Shown piece after piece: positions 1 to 8,500 of a stretch of DNA of 62,652 nucleotides. How positions within the stretch are numbered: the first letter of the stretch is position 1; every line of letters starts with the position of its first letter. The DNA is from Parcubacteria group bacterium (GTDB lineage: Bacteria > Patescibacteriota > Minisyncoccia > Phycocordibacterales > Phycocordibacteraceae), in contig JAQBRJ010000006.1 in NCBI GenBank assembly GCA_028286545.1, positions 1 to 62,652 on the forward strand. The letters are read 5' to 3'. Under the pieces are notes generated by a model, which was not told the DNA's origin, made no database searches, and was given only the letters and a program-made list of their open reading frames with translations. Made by a program: the position numbers and the translations under genes.

Positions 1-86
1 CATGCGAGCCAAGGGATACAACTCATTTCCAGACGCTGTAGAAGTAATGGTTGATTAGCGTAGTATAGGGGAAACGTATCAACCAA

Positions 87-773
87 ATGATTGTCATTAA
101 AGACCTGCGGGTAGATGTGCTCGGTGAACCTCTCTTTGAGAAGGTTAATCTTGTTATACAGAGCGGAGAGCGCGTCGGGGTACTGTGCACAAAGAAAAGC
201 GATGTAGCTATTTTTCTTGATGCGGTTGCCGGTACATCAGAAACTGACGAAGGTACTATTACCTATGAAGGAGAGCGTATTGGGTATCTTTCAGCTGAAA
301 CATTACAGGGCGGCGCAGAGACGGTGATGCGTGTCTTACATTCACGACCAACCTTCCTCATTTTAAACATGACAGACGTTACGGACGTTGCTGTCACGTC
401 AGCGGTAAAATCATTACTCGCTGGATTTCGCGGAGGAGTACTCATGGGGGCAGAAGATCCTCAACTCATGGAAATGGCAAAGGTTAAGCGAGTTCTCGAA
501 ATACATATCTCTACGAAGTTAATCACTTCGTTTGCTGGTAGCTATACCGATTATTTAATTGAGCGAGAAAAGAATCAGGCGCGGTTTAACGATGCATACG
601 AAAAGCAACAAAAGGAAAAGAGAAGGCTCGAGGATTGGCTTGCGCAGAAACGTGTTGAGGCAGCGAAAGACAAGCGGTCTGCCCAAAAAGGGGCGACCAT
701 TCGCACTAAGGCAAAATATCTTCAGCGCGAGATTTTGGACAAGGAAATACCCAAGCCACTAGAGCTCGAATAA
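87..773 (+). CDS. ABC-F-like single ATPase-domain protein with degenerate catalytic motifs and a charged coiled-coil tail
   Basis: 228-aa ORF with an ABC-domain layout. The Walker A position reads GVLCTKKSD, the signature position ETLQGG and the Walker B position FLILNMTDV. The C-terminal YEKQQKEKRRLEDWLAQKR tract resembles an ABC-F linker. Confidence 0.45.
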   Translation: MIVIKDLRVDVLGEPLFEKVNLVIQSGERVGVLCTKKSDVAIFLDAVAGTSETDEGTITYEGERIGYLSAETLQGGAETVMRVLHSRPTFLILNMTDVTDVAVTSAVKSLLAGFRGGVLMGAEDPQLMEMAKVKRVLEIHISTKLITSFAGSYTDYLIEREKNQARFNDAYEKQQKEKRRLEDWLAQKRVEAAKDKRSAQKGATIRTKAKYLQREILDKEIPKPLELE

Positions 774-785
774 TCTGCAGCGATA

Positions 786-820
786 TATAAAAAAAGAAAC
801 CCACCGCGCAATGCGATAGG
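786..820 (-). terminator. Putative intrinsic terminator downstream of the histidine-phosphatase gene
   Basis: On the minus strand, CCUAUCGC-AUUGC-GCGGUGGG forms an 8-bp stem including G-U pairs. It is followed by UUUCUUUUUUUAUAUA. Confidence 0.4.
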
Positions 821-870
821 CTCCAAGGTTGTAGAAAGATCGATTCGAACGCTACCTGACGATTATTCGT

Positions 871-1500
871 CTATGGATAGAGCTCGAAGGTGGTCAGCGC
901 CGGGTCACAGGTGTTGAATGTGACCCGAAACATCCCGGCTTCCGTCAGATCGAGGTCGTCAAGGAATGCGCCGAGCTCCTCGTTTGCGCCCACGAGAGTC
1001 TCGCCGAGACCTTTCACGGCGAGCTGTATGTATAGCCCGTGCGCCGCGACGAAAATCGTCTGATCGGTTCGGCCCGCGAGGTAACCTGCAAGTGCGCAGC
1101 CAGCTCGCGTACCGATTCGACCAACCGGACTGTCGTTCCAGCCGACCTGGTGCCGCAGATTCAGCGGATGCGTGAGGTATGCGGATGGCGCTGCATTGCC
1201 GACCTCGTCGAAGATCGTATCGATGATCGCACCGTCGGGTCCCTCGGGTGTGTACAGTTCCTTCAGAAGAATGTAACGATCGAGCGGACGCATGGTCGCC
1301 CGTTGCGCCGTTTGAATGGCGCGCTGAGCGATCGAGCTGAACTCGCGGTCGAAGGTGAAAGATTCGAGGACCGGCCGACGCCGAAGGACTTGCTGGATAC
1401 CCTCATTGCTGAGATCCCGAATCAGGTCCCCGCGACGTGTCTTGTGACGAGCTGGATGCGCATTGCCGTGGCGCAAGCCGATTGTCGTTATGATGGCCAT
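871..1500 (-). CDS. Histidine phosphatase superfamily protein (SixA / phosphoglycerate-mutase-like branch)
   Basis: 209-aa ORF with an N-terminal LRHGNA (RHG catalytic motif), then DLIRDLSNEGIQQ, and a second His motif VAAHG. AAGGGAG lies 6 nt upstream of the ATG. G+C is visibly higher than in the neighbours. Confidence 0.7.
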   Translation of the reverse strand: MAIITTIGLRHGNAHPARHKTRRGDLIRDLSNEGIQQVLRRRPVLESFTFDREFSSIAQRAIQTAQRATMRPLDRYILLKELYTPEGPDGAIIDTIFDEVGNAAPSAYLTHPLNLRHQVGWNDSPVGRIGTRAGCALAGYLAGRTDQTIFVAAHGLYIQLAVKGLGETLVGANEELGAFLDDLDLTEAGMFRVTFNTCDPALTTFELYP

Positions 1501-1645
1501 TTCAGGCTCCCTTGTTCAAGTTTCATTGCCTCCCGTCGTGCGACGTAGGTCATGGACAATATAACACTTTAGAGTATTATTGTCAAATACCTCTAATATG
1601 CTATACCTAGCAGTACATTGCGTGCTTTAATTATGAAAAGCAGAT

Positions 1646-2584
1646 ATGGAGCTACTTAAACCCTTCAATCAACTCGGTAAAGACGACGCTGCGATTGCTG
1701 GTGGCAAGGGAGCGTCTCTGGGAGAGATGACCCAGGCTGGCATACCGGTGCCTCCAGGTTTCGTTATCCTCGCTGATGCGTTTGAACGGTTCATCATAGA
1801 GACCGACCTCACAACAGAAATAGATTCGATTCTCGGCAAAGTGAATCATCAGGAGATGCACACAGTTGATCATGCATCGGAGATGATACAAGGATTGATT
1901 TTGAACGTAGAGATGCCAACCGATCTGAAGGAAGAGATCGAGAAATCATTTAAGGATTTGAATACAGAGTTTGTGGCGGTTCGCTCGAGCGCAACGGCGG
2001 AAGACGGAGCGGAAGCAGCCTGGGCAGGACAGCTTGATACCTTCCTCAATACTACGGAGGAAACATTGCTTGAGAAAGTGCGTGAGTGTTGGGCGTCGCT
2101 CTTCACCCCGCGCGCGATCTTCTATCGCTTCGAGAAGGGAATGAATCTCCAGAAGATTTCGGTGGCAGTCGTAGTGCAGAAGATGGTTAATAGCGATACC
2201 GCAGGTATCGCGTTTTCCGTTCATCCTGTTACCGAAGACCATAACCAAATGATCATTGAGGCAGGCTTTGGTTTGGGTGAAGCAGTCGTCTCCGGACAAG
2301 TTACTCCGGACAGCTACGTAGTTACAAAAAGCCCTCGAACAATCGTTGATAAGAATATTAGTGAACAGGCGCAAGGACTGTATCGCAAGGCAGGGGGTGG
2401 TAGTGAATGGAAAGACTTACCAAAGGAGAAGGGTAGTTCTCAAGTGATCACAGACGCACAGATTCTCTCCCTCTCTGAAGTTCTCATCACTATTGAAAAC
2501 CACTATGGTTTTCCCGTAGATACCGAGTGGGCAATGGAGAATGGCGAGCTCTACATTGTGCAGAGTCGTCCAATTACAACGCTT
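1646..2584 (+). other. PPDK_N-type ATP-grasp (nucleotide-binding) domain of the giant ORF
   Basis: aa 1-313 carry all the hallmark motifs of the PEP synthase / PPDK / rifampin-phosphotransferase N-terminal domain. The domain ends at IVQSRPITTL. Confidence 0.85.
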
Positions 2585-5500
2585 CGAGCGTCTTCAACTG
2601 AAAGATCCATGTCCAAAAAGTTTCTGGACGCTATGGGCACTGATGAAATCTTCAAAATTGAAGGAGACTTCATTCCGTTACTCGTATTGATTGATTGGTT
2701 TAACTACCGTGACCAGCAAGGAAATATACAGAATCTCTATCCGGCCATGTGTTTCAAAAGAGACTCTACCGTAAACATCTATTGGAGTCTCACCAAATAT
2801 CGCCACGTATCCAAAGAATTCTTTCAGGCATATTTACAGGGTTCGCTCACCTTACCTGAGTATCAGAAAACATATGATGCTCTCAAGAATGCCATAGATA
2901 GCTTCTATACCTCGTATTATGTTTCTCCTGCTAAGGATGAAAAAGACCTGCTTGCGCGTCTCGATACGGCACATAACTTTCTGCGAGAGATTGACCTTGT
3001 GGCACTTTTCCTCGATGCGCTTGATCAAAAGACGATACGAGAAACGTTAGAAGAACAAAGCATACCGGTCGATCTTTCAAGCATATGGAGAATTTCTCAT
3101 ATTTTGGATACCTATTCATTCCATATAAAAAACAAGGAAGAGATCATTGCACAGCACACAAAACTTCCCGCATCTCTACAATACGTATACTCAAACTACG
3201 TACACATTCTTTCACCCCAAGAAACTATTACGAGAGCCGCGGCAGAAGATATCGATCGACTCAAGAAGGAAGTAGCGGAGAATAAAGCTGAAGCCTCAAA
3301 AAGTGGAGAGCGTAAGCGGGCTGAGGCAGCAAAACTCACGGAGGTTGAACAAAAAGTACTTACCTTTATTGATTACGCTGCAGAACTGCGCGACGACCGA
3401 AAAGCGTTGATTACAAAGTCCGATGTGATGCTTTTCAATCTCGTATCGGACCTTTACAAGCTCTGGGGTGTTCCTCAAGAACTTGTGGATGTGTCGATGG
3501 TAATGGACGTACTCAAGGGTAAAGAACATCTAGAGGCCATGCTTCCTGTGCTCAATGATCGTCTTGGGAAAACGGCAGTCTTCCTTACAAGCGCGCATGA
3601 ATATGAGGAAAATGACACCGAAACTCTAGACGAAGTTGAAGCGGCCTATATGAGGCAGCACACGCCTCACGATGTCACGTCGCTCAAAGGCGAGACAGCA
3701 TCCAGTGGTTTTGTCCGAGGTATCGTGCGAATCATAATCAAGCAGCAAGACTTCGATACGTTCAAAGAAGGGGAAGTGCTCGTTGCTGCAATGACACGCC
3801 CGGAGTTTGTGCCGCTTATGAAAAAGGCAGCGGCTATCGTAACTGATGAAGGTGGTATCACTAGTCACGCTGCAATCGTATCTCGTGAATTAGGAAAGCC
3901 GTGTGTAATTGGTACTCGCGTTGCGACACAAATACTCCACGACGGTGATGAAGTTGAAGTCGACGCTGACAATGGAATCATACGAATCCTAAAGAGTATT
4001 CTCTCCGAAGAAGAGAATAAGAAAGACGCGTTCTTTAATCTCGGTCGTTGGGTTGCTCCTGTTCTGGAATACGAAGCATGGCTGGAATGGTGCAATACTC
4101 CCGAATCGCGTGAAATGGACATTGTTCCGGATTCAGTAACTACGTATGTGCTGGATGGAAATTTCATGCTTGAAGAAGGTGGCGCCTACACTCAACTTAC
4201 TAATACGATCTTGGAAGAGTTTAACCGCGGCGAATATGCGACTGCCCAACACATTAATGAAGTAGCAGAAGCGTTGGCGAACGAATCGAATAATGCGGCT
4301 GACTCATACGGCCAGGCAGCAACACTGAAAGACTTTTTTAATACATTTCCACTCATACAAAGACTTCGCTTCCCCTGGACAGCATGCTTTGCGGTGAGTG
4401 ATGCGGCAGACATATATCTAAAGAATTACGCTGAAAAGAACGGTTTATCAGTAGACTCCTTAAGTTCACAAGTCCCTCAATTAGCGAATCCATTAACGGA
4501 TGATCAAAGAGCGTTGTTTGATTTCAAACAGCAGATTGAAAAATTAGACGCTAACTACAATCTTCAGGATATTAAAGAGATAGATTCGAAGCTTGCGGAA
4601 GGTATAATTAGCTATCAACAAAAGACAGAATACTTTGGGACACATCACTTCTGGGGTGAGCCGCGCACTGAAGAAAAGCTCATGGAGGCAATCAAAGAGG
4701 CTGTCCCAAGCGAGTTACAAGAAGTTGCGGGGCCTATTGATCTTACAGAATTGTTTAGCCTTTTGGCGGATACTACTAAGATTCGCATAGAGTGCGCGGA
4801 GAGTTCATCAAAGCTCGCATATGTATTTCGGTCTGCATTAACTAATCTTGCGAGCACCTATGGACTGGCCTACGAAGATATAATCTTCTTAACCACTGAA
4901 GAACTGCAAGCTCTAGATAAAAAATCTGCTGGTGAGATAGGAGCAATCATTTCCGAACGACAAAAAGGATACGGGCTTTGGAAAGAAGGTGAAACCATAC
5001 AGGTAACCGTAGGTACAGAACTTGAAAGTCAGCTCCAATCGTTTGGACTGAACGTGGACCACGGCGATGTTCAGGAGATCACAGGAAATATTGGCTGCAA
5101 AGGATTCGTGCAAGGAATCGTTGCCATTGTCTTAGTGCCTACGGACAATAAGAAAGTCTTGGATGGAATGATTCTTGTGGCGCCTGAAACTACGCCTGAT
5201 TTCGTTCCTGCCATGGGTAGGGCAGCAGCGTTCGTTACCGATCGTGGAGGAGTGACTTCACATGCTGCAATTATTGCTCGAGAAATGGGCAAGCCATGCA
5301 TCATTGGTACAAAAATAGCGACGCAAGTTCTCAAAGATGGGGATTTGGTGGAAGTCGATGCTAACACTGGGATTGTCAGGCTTCTCTCTAGGCAAAAAGG
5401 ATATACGTATAGTAAGGCGTATACTCGCGAGAATTGTCTTATTGCTATTCAGATTTGGGAAGAACATCAGTGTCATCGTTTAAAGGAGAAGTTTGGCGTG

Positions 5501-8500
5501 GCGGTGCCGCTTTCAATCTTTGATGCGTATCAAGGTGTAGCACGTGTGTATTATCGAGAAGATATTGATGATGCGTGGAGCTCTATTGTCACTGCCAAAG
5601 CTCAAGAAGACAGAAACTTCATACCAGAATTGATGACATGGTATGGAGAACAACTAGATACTCTCGAAGCTATTTGGCACAAGGGAACGCTATCGAGTGC
5701 TAAAGAATTAGATGAGCTTTTTGATCTCGCCTCATGGGCATGGGTAGGATTGTCTATCTCGTACTTCCTCCCGGGCATGGAAGGAATGAGAAAAGAAGAA
5801 CAGGAATTAGGAATGCAGTTGCGAGAACGATCTGCAGACTTCCTCGAGCTTACTGATCACGTAATTCAAGATACGCTTCGCATCTTGTACCCTGCACTCG
5901 GAGATTTAGTGAAATACCTCCGTATTGAGGAAGTTAGATCAGGAGATATTCCGGCCATCGAGATTCTCCGTGAACGAGAAAAGCATTATATCTATTATGA
6001 TTTCAAACTCTACACAAACACGACAATCGATTCACTCCTTAAAGAAAATAATTTCTCCATAGAAGAGGAAGTAGTTCCCACGAATGTTTCAGATATTAGT
6101 GGTCAGACAGCCATGACGGGCATTGCTAAAGGAAAGGTTCGCATCCTACATCGCAAAGCTGATATTTCTTTACTCCAGGATGGAGAGATTTTGGTCACGG
6201 CAATGACCACGCCTGATTATCTTCCCGCAATGTATAAAGCCGCTGCCTTTATCACAGATGAGGGTGGAATCACTTGTCACGCAGCCATTGTCGCTCGTGA
6301 GCTCGGTAAGCCATGTGTCATTGGTACCAAGATCGCAACACAAGTACTGCACGACGGTGATGAAGTTGAAGTGGACGCTGATAATGGAGTGGTCCGTATT
6401 CTCAAAAGTGCGAACACCGAAGCTGTTTTAGTTAAATGTTTCTCTAGAGATCATTCGCTCTTCTATTCATACGTTTGGCGCACCAGTAATTCTGAGAAGG
6501 GGAAGAGGTGGATAGGAACAAATATTGAAGAGGTATTATTTGTGCGACCAGAGGGTCAGGAGGTAGTAGATGTTTATTATTCAGAAAACGAATTTAAACT
6601 CTATGATCGGGCAATCAAGGATAAGATTCTGAGCGATGCACACTGGTTCGCAACCCTCGCAGCTTATTTTGAAAGTGAATGGCAGAAGATACTTCCGTAC
6701 ATACAAAAGAAGGAAATTCTCACACGCCAAGAACTCTCAGAATTTTATGACCATTGGGTTAATTGGTGGGAGCCAATGGCATTCATGATGCAGATTCCTG
6801 AAATTGAGGGAGTTTCTCAAGAGATCAAAGATCAAGCATTTATGCTTCGAGCCGAAACTCAAGAATATTCTGATAGTGGAGACAAGATGTTCCATGCATA
6901 TATGCAGAATGCACATCCTGAACTCTCAAAGTATTTCTCGGTGGTAACTCCTGAGGAAGTGTTTGGTGATACTTTCCCATCCGAATCGATTCTCGAAGCT
7001 CGTTTGGGTGGTTGGTACATGACCAATACTCATTTTGGACTAATCGGAGAATTGCCAAAGGCATTGAAAGAAAGATATTTTGTCCTCGAAGTCACACCAG
7101 TAAATGACACTACTGAATTAAAAGGACAGAGTGCATATAAAGGAATCGTTCGTGGCACGGTGCGCGTTCTAGCACGCCATGATCAAATATCAGAAGTACA
7201 AAAGGGTGAGATTCTTGTTACTGCCATGACCACGCCTGATTTCTTTCCGGCGCTTGAAAAGGCTTCTGCTTTCATAACGGACGAAGGAGGAATTACCTGT
7301 CATGCGGCAATCGTTGCTCGAGAAATGCAGAAGCCTTGTATTATCGGCACTAAATTTGCCACCCAGATTCTTAAAGATGGTGATGAAGTAGAAGTCGATG
7401 CAGACAATGGGGTAGTCCGTATTTTAAAGACAGCTGCAAGCGAAAGAATTGAGTTTATCAAAGAATACACGCGCGACACGACCCTTATCATTCAGCAGGC
7501 TTGGAGTGTCGTGCTTAAAAAGCATCGAAGCGAACTCGGCTTGCATGAATACGACAATCAAACGCTCGTTCTTCATTACCTCCATGACGGCGTGATAGAG
7601 GTATGGGAGAACCATAACTGGACACCTGCATTGATGAATGAAATCCTAAAGAGGAATACGGAAAGCGACACTACATTCAATGACCACATTGAAAAGTTCC
7701 TCAAGGGAATAACATTTTTAAAACCATATTGGGAACAAGGTTTCGTTAGTGATGCAGCAGAACTATCTTCCATAGTCGATCACGTATTTGAAACGATGTA
7801 TCACTTTGACTGGATGTACTATCCTGCGCTCGATGATCGTACACCATTGCCTATTCGAAACAGGGCTCGTGAGCTCCGAGATCAAGATATATTCTTCGAT
7901 CAAACTGACCGCTTCATTAGAAAGAGCCTACTGGCCATCTATCCTAATCTTCAAGGATACGAACAGTGCATACTTCGAGATGAAATTACTGCGCCGCCCT
8001 CTCTTGAAATACTTCGTACGCGTAAACAACACTTTATAGCAATGGGTGATGACGCTTCATATACTGGGACCATAGAGGAATACCAAAAAGAGCATCCCGA
8101 GATGCATTTTGCTGTCGATGCAGCTCCAATCCAAACGGCTACGTTAACCGGTCAGATCGGTAATAAAGGATATGCGAAAGGCATTGTTCGTATTATGAAG
8201 CGCAAAGAACAGATTCCCGATGCTCAAGAAGGAGACATTATTGTGTCGACCATGACTACTCCGGATTTCATTCCGGCCATGCAAAAGGCAGCAGCTATTG
8301 TTACGGACGAAGGAGGGATTACGTGTCATGCAGCAATAGTGGCTCGCGAAATGAACAAGCCGTGTGTGATAGGTACGAAATTTGCCACGCAACTCCTTAA
8401 AGATGGAGACTTCGTGGAGGTCGATGCAGACAACGGGGTAGTAAGAAAGATTGATAGGATTAGCTTCAAGAAATCGTATTCTCGAGATACCACATTGTTT

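Noticed and set aside
1039-1548. 169-aa + strand ORF, plus 966..1175, overlapping the histidine phosphatase gene.
   Set aside because: These are shadow ORFs typical of GC-rich coding sequence. Their translations are Arg/Ala/Ser-rich and carry no motifs, whereas the minus-strand frame has RHG/AHG motifs, an SD and a terminator candidate.
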